DNA from: Psammoneis japonica
Taxonomy: Eukaryota
Assembly: GCA_008632985.1 (NCBI GenBank)
Contig: QPGO01000302.1
Coordinates: forward strand, 1 to 64,000
Length of the DNA stretch: 64,000 nucleotides
Direction: 5' to 3'
This document shows positions 48,699 to 61,301 of this stretch, piece by piece. The position numbers and the translations under genes are program-made. Each line of letters begins with the position of its first letter. Within the stretch, counting starts at the first letter, position 1. Under the pieces are notes generated by a model. The model was not told the DNA's origin. It saw only the letters and a program-made list of their open reading frames with translations, and ran no database searches.

Positions 48699-49688
48699 CT
48701 ACAATGGTACGCTTGGCCATCCCACTCCAGCAGCTCTTTTGGATCGACCAAAAGCGGGATTAGACAGCAAAGTCGGCGGCTCGGCGGAAAGATTGAGCTG
48801 CTCAAGCTGTTGTGTAGGCGCTGCTGTCTCCGCAGGTACTGGTTTCTGGGAAGTTCTGCTTGCTTGATACATTTCTGGAGTCGGTGGAGTCGTTCTGATG
48901 TACCAGCCCCACTCTGGACTGACGCAGCCATTGCTCGCCACACCGAACGGCTTGGTGGGCATAACCAATCCGTTCGCTCCTCCACCAAACCCCTTGGGAG
49001 CTAGCTTCGACGATTTTCCTCGTCTCTCGAGGCCGATATTAGCTTTCATTGAGCGTGATCGCCTCATTGCTGACTTGACAGGCTTTGACCCGGCTGTACT
49101 CGAGGGTAAAAGTGGAGATGAGTTTGACGAGTCGCGACCGTCGTGCTCGGCCTGCTCCAAAGAACAAAAAGAAGAACGTTTAGAGTATGAACCAGCTGCT
49201 AAGAGTTCCAACAAATTGAAGAAAGAAGCACTTACTTCATCGATAACTACTGCGAGATCTTGACCGCTCTCGTCCGACCAACTCATCTTTTTCGATCTCT
49301 TCAAGTTAGGCTCGTCAACCTCAGCAGCGGTCTCTGCTGAGACGGCATGATGCGCGTGCAAAGCTTCTTGTTCCGACGCAAACTCTCCAAAATGCGATAT
49401 ATCTGACCCAAGTAGTTGAGGGGGAGATCTTTTCTTGCTCCCGCTTATATCCACACATTGAGTCGATTCTAGAAGAGGCGATCGTCTTCCACGTCGCTCC
49501 GTGGTCACGCCGGCACCATCCGAGTCTTGAACAAGCTCCTGTTTCACTTTTTCTTCCTCGTCGCGTTGCTTTGCCATATCACCACCAATCATCCACATTA
49601 TCGTTCCAACCACAGGAGCTCTCAAAAACACAGAGAAGAGTCCCAGGTCATCAACGCGATCTGCCTCCAATGGTTGCTCAAATGCCAT
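48699..49688 (-). CDS. Hypothetical low-complexity protein (KKMSWSDE and SPEWGWY motifs); probable in-frame intron 49235-49152
   Basis: Long ORF, ATG at 49688, 84-nt GTAAG...CAG segment. Confidence 0.7.
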   Translation of the reverse strand: MAFEQPLEADRVDDLGLFSVFLRAPVVGTIMWMIGGDMAKQRDEEEKVKQELVQDSDGAGVTTERRGRRSPLLESTQCVDISGSKKRSPPQLLGSDISHFGEFASEQEALHAHHAVSAETAAEVDEPNLKRSKKMSWSDESGQDLAVVIDEVSASFFNLLELLAAGSYSKRSSFCSLEQAEHDGRDSSNSSPLLPSSTAGSKPVKSAMRRSRSMKANIGLERRGKSSKLAPKGFGGGANGLVMPTKPFGVASNGCVSPEWGWYIRTTPPTPEMYQASRTSQKPVPAETAAPTQQLEQLNLSAEPPTLLSNPAFGRSKRAAGVGWPSVPL

Positions 49689-50049
49689 GGTCGTCGGAGC
49701 TTCTGGCAGCAAGTAAGCAGTGGCAACAAATTTTGCTTCGGGCTGGCGCTGAACGAAGAAACTGTTCTGTGACTGCAACACGCGTTGGGACCTGGTACAA
49801 AACCTACGTGACAACCTCCCGTACAAGTGCACTGAACGAACTAATATACTTATTGGGAACTAAAGGTGATAATTAGTGGGTCGGACAAACTGGCTGCCTT
49901 CAACTTGCGCGCGAAGTGTCAAGGCAATCAAATTACTATCCTCATCTTTGAATAACTGAATTTGGGCTGGAATGGGGTGCGTCAGCTATCGTCAGCCAAC
50001 TGGTAGAAAGGTCGTAGAAATATACATACGTGTTTTATAGTATGTGACA

Positions 50050-52470
50050 TGTACGGCGCGAAAATGCACGCAGACGCGCAAGATTGCCAACGTCTTATGT
50101 GTGATGGGCTACTGTGCTTCAAAGGAACGTTGGGATCGTGCGTGGCGTGCGCATCGCACTGTGGTTGCGGTTGAGAATCCCCATGGGATTCCCGGCCACC
50201 GCCTCAGCGGATCAGCACCTCGATGACGTGCAACAGTGATCCACAGCACTGGATCTAAGGTGTGTGATAAACAGCAGTAGTTGCACCGTAGAAGCAGCAG
50301 CTGACAGGAACCCGGACATGCGAGTCTGAAGGTCTGTGCAGCAATGCAGCCTGGACAAAATGGAGGACATCCGGCACTGTGCCGAGAACAAACGTCACTT
50401 CACCCATTCCACCAGGCGGAGGAGCAACATACCCCGCAACCAACCCCCAGTGCTGGGCATGCTCAGCAGCAACCTCGAGACGCTCCTCTTCCTTCCGAGT
50501 GGGGGGGGCGGGGTGCCGCGGCGATCCCTTGACACAACGCCACAAGTTGGTCGTTCGTCATGCCGCCATTGTTGCCAACACCGCCAACTGCCAACAGACG
50601 ATCCGAGATGTCGAAACCATCAAAATCCGCAGCGTCATCCATCTTGCTCGCATCAAACAAAGGGCTGCCCTTCGTGACCGAGCGCTCGTCGTTGTTTGCT
50701 GCAATGCATTGCATGCCACGCTTCCATGCAGCTCCCAGTGGGAAATCCGCACCCAACTCCGGAGTGGGCTCATCCACAGGAATGCCACTGGGGAAAGTCT
50801 TGCCTGGTGGCAAAGGCAGGAACAGCTTCAGAACAGAGATCTGAGGGTGGTCTTCCGCAGCCGCAGGTGGAGGGAAATGCAGACGCCCCACAGGTGCAAC
50901 CCAGTCATCCTCCGGTGGAGTTGTTGGGCCGTCAACAGTGTCCGGCGCCTGATTGCGAAGTCATTGAAGCTTGAAAGGAGTTGAGAGCGACAGAGACTGG
51001 GGTGTGACTCCCAATCTCGTCCGACAAGCTCCCAATGACAGAGGTGGTCCCTTCCGTCGAAGCAAACACTTGAGGGCGGGTGAGAATCATGATCCACTTT
51101 GAGCAAACAAAGGCAAACTGGGTTGCTTTCATTGGATTGGATGTGACAGTGTGGCGAACCTCATGGTTCACACCCGGTCGAAGCGTCGAAGCCAGTGCCA
51201 TTGCATTCTCGTCTGAGAACGGAAACGCTGTTGTGTGGTGCTGGTCAGCAGCACCACGACCCTGCTGGACAGCAGCGGCGGAAGGAGCAAACACAGTCAT
51301 TGAACAATGACTTCACAGACTCAGTGTAAATGGCTGACTTCGGAAATTGTGAGGAGCCACTCCCATGGGTTCCGGCCGTGAACTCTGCAGGTGGAGCATC
51401 CTGTCCACAACTTTGTGGTGTTTGATTCAGATTTTCAAAATTTTCAATGGCTGCAAACAATGTGAACCGTGAACCCTGCATGACGGTTGCTCTCAAGCAG
51501 GCACCACTGGGGCTTGGAGGACCCATCATGCTCCGTGCCTGCATCGAAACATTCGTGGCTCGGACAGACATGTTGTGTGGTCGAGCGCTGAGCATGCAGG
51601 ACCAGCAGTTGAACAACCAGCAAGAAACAGAGATGCCATTCTCAAGAGGCACACACACATGAACATGTTCACAATCCCACACTCGACGCGTTCCAGATGC
51701 AGGTGGGAATCCGTGTGACATTGGGCCCGCAGACTTCTGCGTGCGAGCTCCGCAGTAAAATCACACGGTGATTAAAATGTCAATGATCGCCAACAGAAAA
51801 TGAGGCAATTTTGCGAATGCACAAACTCGCACATGATTGAAGTACATCATTTTTTACTTGGCCAGTTACATTCTTCAGACATTGAAGAATGTAACTGGCG
51901 CATCATTGTTTCTATAAATTTGTCACACAAAACGTCTGGGGAACAGCGAGTCTGGACAATTTTTTTAAAATGTCACACGTAGAAATCTACGTGCAAAACA
52001 TACGACGGATGATAAAAATCATTGTTGTCACACGTCAGCACTGCGAGCTCCCACCTGGGGCTGGAACGCGTCACTCGCACCAGCGAGGGGGTCAACCATG
52101 GCCGACAGCATGCGGCCATTTCCCGCCGGCGAGGGTGTGACCCACACACGCCGAGCGGTTGTCAAGAAAGTGGCTTTTGGTTGCATAGAGGAGACCATCC
52201 TCTCAGTGTCAGGCATTGCCGCATTGGCACAGTAAAAAAGAGGGGGATGGAGACAACGACTGTTCATGAGTCGGTTCCGGAATCCCAGTCAAATTGCTCT
52301 GTCATGAGCGCAGAATTTGATGGAGTGAACATGTGGGACACCTGTGTCACTCCCCGATCCTTAGCAATCATCAACAGAGTGTTAATTTTGCAATGAGACA
52401 TGGTCGCTGCAGTGGACCATGGTTGCACCCCTCTGATGCTGACTGCCAAGGGAACAATGCGTGGATTGGT
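50050..52470. mobile_element. TpA-depleted, CpG-retaining repeat island with a decayed - strand ORF; class unknown
   Basis: Very few TA outside the nested MITE; stacked pseudo-ORFs; lies between normal genes. Confidence 0.55.
51686..52071. mobile_element. MITE copy 2 (386 bp), the least mutated copy
   Basis: Perfect terminal ACGCGTTCCAG / CTGGAACGCGT; CACTCG duplicated at 51680-51685 and 52072-52077. Confidence 0.95.
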
Positions 52471-53015
52471 CAGTCTAGGATCTCGTCGCGTCCGTTTGTC
52501 CTCCGTCCTCGGCCTCCCGTCTGTCCCTCGCTAGTCTACCTCCGCGATGACCCCCGCGACTCACCCAGCCACAGCTTCCTCTCATTGCTTGGCTTGGAGT
52601 CTAGGGCTAGAATAGATACCGGTAGATACTTTACGATAGAGATAGATAGATTTCTTGAAGATTGCTTGATAGATTGAATGAATGGATGGAATGGATGGAT
52701 GGAGCCAGCCACCGCACTCTCTCTAGAGCTAAGAGTTAGATTTGCCATTGACAGTTTTGCTACACCCCAGAGAGCTCCATCCAGTACAGTCTCAACTCAT
52801 TACTTCTATACTTCTGCATTTAAAAAAGTTGTTATCAATCTAATTCTACCTACTACTCTAACTCTACAACCACAGGCTCAGATATTCCACTAGAAAAATG
52901 ATGGACGGAAGGAGCAACTATGTTGTCTTCCAACCAGAGCACGTGAGCCTAACTTTCACGATTAAATGGCAAGATATGCTCGGTTCTAGCACCAACGTCG
53001 CTTTGATAAGTAACT

Positions 53016-55524
53016 CTATTGTTTTAGTTTGAATGTGCAGAACTGACGATGCGTCGTTAAATCAACGGTATAGTCCGAACTAGTCAATACGCCACTTTCA
53101 ATCTTTCGTGTCATCATATGAAGAAAGACGGAATTCCCAACAGATACCTTTGCAAGACTTTTCAACTCCTCTGCACCAATGGGAGACAGGTCTAGTTGTG
53201 CTTGCAAGAGCTTGTCAACAGCTGCCTTGCTACGTTTGAAGCAGTCAGCGGCGGATGACAACAAATCGGTCTGCGTCACTTTGCTAAAGTCGGTGCCTTG
53301 TAGAAAGTCACTATACGATAGTGATGGTGGGTGAGGAATGACTTGGAAAGCATCAAATTGTTTCTTGAATTTTTGCTCGGGTGACGTAAACTGGTATGTT
53401 TGGTGAGGCACAGCTTTCATTTGGTCTAGAGCGGTAATGAGCTATCGATACAGCGCGCAGAAACGATGCAAGGTTAGACTGGACTTGCGCCAGACATACA
53501 TAAAGAATCACCGCAAAAAGGAATTGCAAAAGCTACTCACTCGAACGAGACCTCGACACAAATCTCGCCGCATTTGTACCAACACGATTTCAAATTCACT
53601 TCGCAAGTCCTGAGCCTCTTCTTCTTTTGTTTTCCCGTGAGTCTTTCTGCGTCCGGCGCCCTTCTTTTTACCCTTTTTCTGGGCTTCTGGTTGTGTCTTT
53701 TGTCGCCAAAGGGCTCTTGTCTGTTGAAACGAAACAATGCTGTTCAAAAGAGACGACAACAAAAAGTCTCTGTACCAATAAGCGGTCAACAACTCGCGGA
53801 TTCCGCGAAAGAGTTCGAGCTCAATTCCAATGGCAAGGTGGCGATCCATGAGCGAGTTGGTTGTGCGAAGAATGTAGAGTGTAAAGATGGGAGGGGCGCT
53901 ATCTGCACCATCACGCGCCCTGCTTTGTCCAAGGTCCACTGCATGCGCTTCTTGTTGTAGGGTTGCCCACTCTGGGAACATTACTGTGTCTATAAAAGCT
54001 CGTTGTCGATTCCGGTTCAAAAGAAATAGCTTGAGGGTATCGTAGATTGGTTTGGCTATACGACTCACAAAGGCTCGACAGTGGTGATTGTCAATGTCAT
54101 TGAGTGGAACACCACTCGCTTCAACAATGTCTTGAGCAATAAGTGTTGTCACCACATGTTGACCCAAAAGAAGATCATCAAAATACAAGTAAAGAACTGA
54201 TAGAGAGCGGCTGAGAATGTTCACCGACGAACTGGAGACGCGTTCCAACATGTCTCTGGTTCGACCCAGCGTCGTCCCTTTCAAAAGCAAGTCGCAAGCT
54301 ACCCAGCTAACCTCAGATATAATTGTTTTGAGGGACCCGAGTGACTCTTTAGCAGATCGAAATATCGTTTTGCGGATAGGCGTGTTACCAACGAGGGGAC
54401 GATTCACGTAGGGATCGAAGCACTTGGAGAGCAGCTGCTTTTCCGCGTCGCTGTACTCCGAAACGAATTTCTGCAGTTGGTCCATTTTCCTCTCTCCTAG
54501 AGCGATTATCGGCTTCGTTTTTGTGGCCACGTCACGCACTGTTGTCGCAGAAAGGCTTGTCTAGTTTCGCAGCGTTGCAGTCCACAAGCAATTGAGCTGT
54601 CTCGATACAACTATTTTCGAGAACACATTCATTTGTACTTACCAACGGTAGACACGAACGAAGAAAGTCTAACAGAAATCCCAACACCAGTTTCACAACA
54701 GCACTGTTTGGATCGTCACCCACTAGAATAAGAGCATCATGAAGGGCATGAAGAGCGAATGCTTCGTCACCCTCGCCGAAAAAGTCTAGCAGTCCATAAG
54801 TATTCACTGAGAAATCTTCTTCCTCGTAAATGTCCGCATTGAAAGCAATGTTCTGAACGACAAAGGATATTGCTATCACACCTAATGCTGCTGCATAAAC
54901 CACATGTTGTGCTGGAGTTGCGTTATTTGTCCCTGACTGGATGACATGAGAGCGCCCATTCGTTCCGTCATGTCACCACCGGCACAATGAATTTGCATCT
55001 CTCTCACCACTTCAGCGTGCGTATACAAACAGCTAAAGGTGCTTTCACACACAGATGCACCACTCAGAAGTGATTCTAACCTTGTCAGTATCTCCAAACA
55101 AATGATTTCGGCTTCCTTCATTGTGAGTGATTCCCACGGCAAATTCTCGAGTCCTGTCGGTGTTGGTCGGGGCGGAACAGTTTGTTCACTAGATGCTTTC
55201 GTCGTATCATAAGCTGAAATGGGAAGTTCACAACAGTCAAGTTTTCGATCCATGAGCACAAGGGCAGTCATACTTGTGTGTAGGCTTTGGAGGAAGAGAG
55301 GCGTCTGCGTAAGTGTTTTACCACAACGAGGAAAATACCGTGACCGCGAGACATGCAACATACCTGAAATCATCACCACAGAGGAATGGATCTGACACCG
55401 ATAAGGATGATGCGCATGATTCTACCACAGATGTGATATCTACCCAGTTATCGCTGTCTTTAGAAACGTCGCTTTTCTTTTCGTCTCCGTCGCCACCGTT
55501 CAGCAACCCCGGCTCCGTCGTCAT
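53016..55524 (-). CDS. NAA35: NatC auxiliary subunit NAA35/Mak10; about 4 exons and one apparent frameshift (~54.9 kb)
   Basis: NWVDIT...F|SLHTSMTALVLMDRKLD, LSGASVCESTFSCLY, IYEEEDF, NILSRS, NRNRQR, IGIELELF..ELLTAYWY. Confidence 0.88.
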
Positions 55525-55756
55525 GGTGGCTTTTTCTGCTTTTGCTCTCTTTTTTGCTTCGCAAGTGTCCGCGCGTCGCGTCGCGCGTCCCCTTTGGCTC
55601 TCGAAAAGAAGGAAGGACACTCTGTAGAAGATTTCAATTTTCCTTGTAGAAAAGACACGGCTAGCCGTAACACGTTTATGGCTGAGCACGAAGGACACGC
55701 TAAAAGCGCACCGCACAACATCTTTCCCTTCGCTTCTTGCATTCCTTCCACGCGCC

Positions 55757-57095
55757 ATGACGATGGGATTGCCCTCCCGCGATGTCAAAGCCAGCTCAAT
55801 TGGATTGTTTCTCTTGATAGGGACTGGTCAACTCTTGTCTCTAGTTCTTGCCTTCCCGACTAGATTTTCAAAGCCTTTTGGCGGGAGCGTTTCATGTCGT
55901 TCGTTTGTTTCTCAATCGAAAATTGCCTTGAGTTCAGTTGAAACAGTATCTTCGAATGAAGATCTTTTGCCAGGAATTGAAGCTATCGATTCTATGAATG
56001 CGGATCTGCGTGAAAGCCTTGAGTTGTTGCGCAATCAGCCCTACTTTCGCCTCTATAGTATTGACATGTTAGCCAGCTGTGAGTACTTACCACAAGAGCT
56101 GTTTGAGTGCTACAGCGAACGTTGCGAGATCTACCCAGTGGATGAAGAAGAAGTGAGTATCGTGCTTCCATCCCTGTTCTATGCAATGATATGTGTTTAC
56201 AGTAGTTATTTTTAACCAGATGATGATTTGCTCATGCCTGAATGCGTAGATACCGACTGATATGAAAGATGTAGACGCAGATGAACATGATTTTGAGTTG
56301 GACGGTTGGGCTCGATGGGACATGCCAACTGATGACTACTATGACATTGAACAGTTCCCAGAAGGCTACACAGGATACGACGGATCAGATATATGGCGCT
56401 TCATTCACGATCGGATTGCTTTTGAAGGCTACGAATACGATGATGATCATTGGAAGGCAGACTTCAACAAAGCTGTTTCGGGTTTGCATTCAATGATATC
56501 AGCTCAGGTCGTTAGAGGAATCCAAGACAAGATCGACAGTGGCGAAGAATTTACAGATGAGGAAATATGGCGTGATGCAGACGCAGAGTTTGAACGGCGT
56601 CTTGGTCAAGGTGGTGAGACCCCTCTGGCTATTGAGAACCTTTATTTCTGCTACATGCTTTTGCTTACCGGAGCGTCAAAGGCGAGAGACCGATTGTTGC
56701 AAGACTGTGATTCTGGAAAGATTGATGCAGATGCTGCCTCGGCTTTGAGGCCTGTTTTGTCAAGCGAATTACTTGATCACCCTTCTGTTGGAGTTGCGTA
56801 CGCAAAGCTTCATGATCACGCTGTGAAGGACTCAGACTCCAAGGCTGCCTTGTGGGAGGCGCGGCTTCGAACAAGGGAACTAGTTCGGATCATGAATTGC
56901 GTTCAGTGCAACAAGTGCCGCCTTCACGGCAAAATATCCGGCATGGGACTGTCTACTGCACTACAGCTGAGCCTTGGCTTCACCGGAGAAGGTGGCGATG
57001 CGACGCGTGTTCATCGGGTGGAGCTCGCGTGTCTGATGGCTACTCTCGATAAGTTCTCGAAGGCAATCGAAACATGTCAACGAATGCGTTCTTAA
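55757..57095 (+). CDS. ERO1: ER oxidoreductin (ERO1-family) protein; intron 56153-56249
   Basis: YFRLYSIDM, PEGYTGYDG..IW, VSGLHSMIS, NLYF, IMNCVQCNKCRLHGKI (CxxCxxC), GLSTAL. Confidence 0.92.
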
Positions 57096-57523
57096 GGCAA
57101 AGTCCGACATTGCTACAAGCTCTTGATCATAATCATTCTCGACTGAAGTACATTTTCTATATCTATAGGCAATTTTTAGATTTAACCTTTCGCTCAATCG
57201 ACACAGATTCGCGTCCAACAAACTTTCATTATCTGCCCCTTATGGCAGACATGGTGCGACATTTGGTTACCAATCAGCAGTATGTACTGTACTTCACTCC
57301 CAAGCTTCGAAGAAATTGTCCCTATGCAATATATTTGTTCGTGTGTCTCATCGTTGAGGCTCAAAACGCGTTTGTTTCCTACTTGGTTGAGGCAGCTGTA
57401 AACTCCCAGCTCACGGCTTCTTCCTCGACCTGCTTCACAAGAAAAGTCAGATGGCGACTCGATAACTGCTAATGAGGTTTCTCGAGGGCAGACACTTAAA
57501 AAAGGAGTCTCGGATCTGTTCGA

Positions 57524-59597
57524 TTAACCTGCAGTGTACGCAGGCGATCCGTTGAAACTGTCGGAACTAGGTTTTGGAGCTTGTATCTGTGAAGCGGAAG
57601 TGCTTTCGGTCTTGACAAGATCTGCGGTCGCAGGGATTGGATTGCTTGAATCGAACGGAGAAGCTGGATTTCGGACCAACGTCACACAGAAACACTTAGC
57701 AATCCCATCGTCTCCCTTGATAAGAGAGACACAAAGACCAAGGTCATCTCGATCCTTCATCGATCCTCTGAGCAAACATGTTCTTTGACCTTGAGCCTTG
57801 GCATTAGAAGGCGGTGAAATCATTTGACTGATGAGGTCAAACGCATTCTGTAGATCTTGACGACTTGTCAGGTTGAAGACAGTCATGGCACAAACTTCCT
57901 GCTTCGTGTAACCGGACAACGAACAGAAGAGTTCGTTGCAGTCGATAAAAGCACCGCCCATTGACGCAATCGCCTGATTAATTCGAAAGAAAGACAAACG
58001 GTTAATGCCCGGATTGATGAAATTGCGAAAATCGGACGATGGATTTTGGGACAATGTACCCTAACTTACCATACCCACTGAACATGAATTGAAGACAAAC
58101 CGATATTCATGCTCTGCGATGTTTGACACCAACAAAGTATCATCCTGTCGGTCGTCTTTGGGGTTACCAGGGTCATCGCCACCTCCACTACTCGTGTCCG
58201 GCTGTGCAAGAACAAGATAAACGGTCAGCAAAATATATCTGAATACAAATATTCCGCGCAGGAATCAGATACGTACCTGCTGATAAAAGCTCATAGCTGA
58301 TTTCGGTGGCACACCACCGAAGTTTCCAAGAGACCAAACACCATTCTGAGCCGCAACGTGCCGTACAGCCTTGGCCGCTTGCGGACCCAGTGCACCGCCT
58401 CCAATCATCTGTAGCTGCTGAATCAACTGATGCCGATCTCTACTCACAATCAAAGCAGAGGAGGCGGAAAAGCAAGTTCAGAAAAGAATCCTTTCCAAAG
58501 GGAACTGAAATCGGCACTTCTCGGCACTTACATTTCGGATTTGTATTGATGCTGCTGCAGCATTCTGATGTAGTTGGCAGCTTCCGTCAACACCGAGCTT
58601 TTCGTTCCTTTGGGAACTATGACGCCACCACTAGATAAGAGGTTCCGAAGCTCGTTGATTTGTCGAGATATACGGAAACTCCTCTCCTTCTCGCGTGCAT
58701 TTCGTTCCTCTCTCTTCTGTTCGTCAAGGTGCTTTCCTTTCTTAGCTTTGCCTTTCGCTGACTTTGCAGCTCCCGAATCCTTGGTCGCAGAGTTCGTCGC
58801 CCCTGAACTATTGGCGCGCGAAGATGGCGCACTGTCCGGGATTTTGGTCTTTGCGTTCTTCCGACCACGTGAGGACTTTGCCTCATCGTCGTCGCTGTTG
58901 TACCCACCACTGTCGTTGTCTGACTCTCCGTTGTCTCTAGTGCGGCGCTTCTTTCCAGATAGTTGGCGAGTCCCTGAATTATTTGTACGACGAAAGAAGA
59001 GATTGAGTTAGTCACATGCATAAGCGTGCAGAAAATGAGCCTTTCGGGTTGCGAAAGACATTCACTCCATTCGTTACCTTGTTTGTTTTGGACTTGCGTC
59101 GAATCTGCCGCAGAGCTAGGCTTCTGATTCTTTCCACCTCTGTTGGCTGAGTTAATCGGTGATTTTGGCAGAAGGTTTGGAGTAGCAGCGATAGGTCCTT
59201 TCGGGGCAGTCCCTGCTGATGCCCGAGGTGAATATGTGCTTGCTTTTCTCCCACCATCGCTATCGCTTTCTCCGTTCTTCGCGTCAATCTCAGAAGCCTG
59301 AAGCGATACTCCGTTCAGCATGGCTTCCTCGCTATCGAAATTGAATCCAAATGTATTATTTCCCAAACTAAGAATGCCTGAGTTGTCTGAGTTGTTCCCG
59401 CTGCCTCCGCCACTTGAGTTACTGCCAACGCCGCTCCCATCTCTCTTCAAGGTACGATCTTTAGTCGCTCCATTTGATGGCTTTGAACCTGCATCCGCGG
59501 CTGCAACTTTCTCCTTTGCGTCTGATATTTTTTCTTGGCTGTTTCGCGGGGGCGGTGCTTCTGAACTACTTTTCATTGATAGTCCGCCTTTGTCCAT
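57524..59597 (-). CDS. bHLH-PAS transcription factor (diatom type), several introns
   Basis: KREERNAREKERSFRISRQINELRNLL...KSSVLTEAANYIRML (bHLH, ~58.55-58.72 kb); AIASMGGAFIDCNELFCSLSGYTKQEV..MTVFNL (PAS). Confidence 0.88.
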
Positions 59598-60449
59598 AGC
59601 GAAGGTTTGTTCGGGATAGTCTACTAGCTAGAGATTGAGAACAAGAATGAGAGATTCCATAACGTTGGCAACAATGCTGTAAACGAGAACCCGCGTGACG
59701 ACGTATCGACTTCCAGACACGACACATGACGTCAGTTTCGACAGGATGAAGAACAATATGCACGTAGCAACACGTACGCCAGTACCAAGCAACACTCCCG
59801 CCAACACAGCCACCGCTGAAAACAAAGACGATGACGACAAGAAAGCGTGCTTTTAATCGCTTCGATAACACACGATTTCACGTTGTCACTCACTTCTTTC
59901 CTTTATCGATGATTTTCTCAATACGATGTGAATTCCCAACGGGTCAAACCTGGGTGAGGTGACATGTATTAGCGACCGGCTCTGTCTCTGTTGAACTTCT
60001 TTGCCTCTTTCTTTCTCTCGTATTTTTTGTGCGGTGTTGTGTGACGACAGCACTTCTTGTTCGAAAATATATTTATATTTGTATATGTTTATAATTTCAT
60101 TCAGTATTCAGTCATTAATATTCATAAGAAGTACGTCACCCGTCTCTGACGAATATGATGACGTTATCACTTATGACCGTGTCATTTTATTTATTCCATG
60201 GTAAAACGTGAAAAAGTTCCCGCCAAAACTAACAGATAGCCCTGCTTATTATTTACGAGCTCGAATTTGCACAGACATGCTCCAGAGCGTGTCTGTGCAT
60301 TTACGTAGATTTTGTACCAGTCGCATCGTAGAGTGATGTTGTTCGCCTGCCCCAACGAACTCTTTCTCGTACATAAAATATTACTCACGCCTGCCGGATA
60401 GGTTGGAGGTACATTTTCCTGGTACAAACACGTAGAATTTAACGCAGCT

Positions 60450-60520
60450 GCAGTGACCCTCGTTTTGGGGGGTCACTGCACGCGCGGTGGCAGTGACCCT
60501 CGTTTTGGGGGGTCACTGCA
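60450..60520. repeat. Two identical 31-bp hairpin units at 40-bp spacing
   Basis: GCAGTGACCCTCGTTTTGGGGGGTCACTGCA at 60450 and 60490; each has a 10-bp perfect stem. Confidence 0.92.
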
Positions 60521-61301
60521 TAAGCAGGGATAGTGGCGCGACCGAAAGACCACAGTCATCTTTAATCTACTCTACTATCGTTCTCTATCTCTCTCTACTA
60601 GGAGTACCGGTAGGGGGCCTTTCTACAGTAGCTACAGTAGAGAGTAGAGCCTCTGCGTACTCTCTCTAGCTACGGTAGCTCACTGCTCTAGTAGCTGGCA
60701 GCTCTCTGCTCTAGAGAGTGGAGCTAGAGTGCCTTAGTAAGGAGAGGAGTGCATGCAAGAGAGCTGCCATACTACTAGCTAGCTAGATTCCCTACTTGAC
60801 CAAGAGGAGAAAAGCATGGTTAACACCATCTGCATTGCAGCAGTTTCTGCTGAGCGTGATTGCGCTGGTTCGCCGGGACCAGGTTTCTCACAAACAAAGA
60901 ACTGGGACTTCCGAGCGGGAGACTAAGTGTAGCGAAAACTGGTACAGTGCCGAAGGAGTCCTCACTCTGGAGATATCGACAAGGTTCAAGGTGGTGGTGG
61001 ACCAACACGCGCTTCAACCATTGTTTTGCACGAGTGCTGCAGCATGCAGGTGCTCGTTGAGTGAGTATGGTAGTCGGTGGAATGCGAAAGCATGCGCGAT
61101 CTTCACCCCGGCTCACGCACGATCGGGTGACTCAACACTCAACCAAATGAAGACATTCGATGGGTCAAGCGACTGTACATTGTCACTTCAAATAGGTACG
61201 ACGTCGATTTTAAAAGATATATCCATTGGCCTGAGAAAGAAAAGGGTGCGATTATGACAGACAACCAGCAAGATTCGGTAGCCGCTGACCAACGACCAAG
61301 C

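Noticed and set aside
60450..60520. CRISPR-like repeat
   Set aside because: Only two units with a 9-bp spacer, no cas genes, eukaryotic context.
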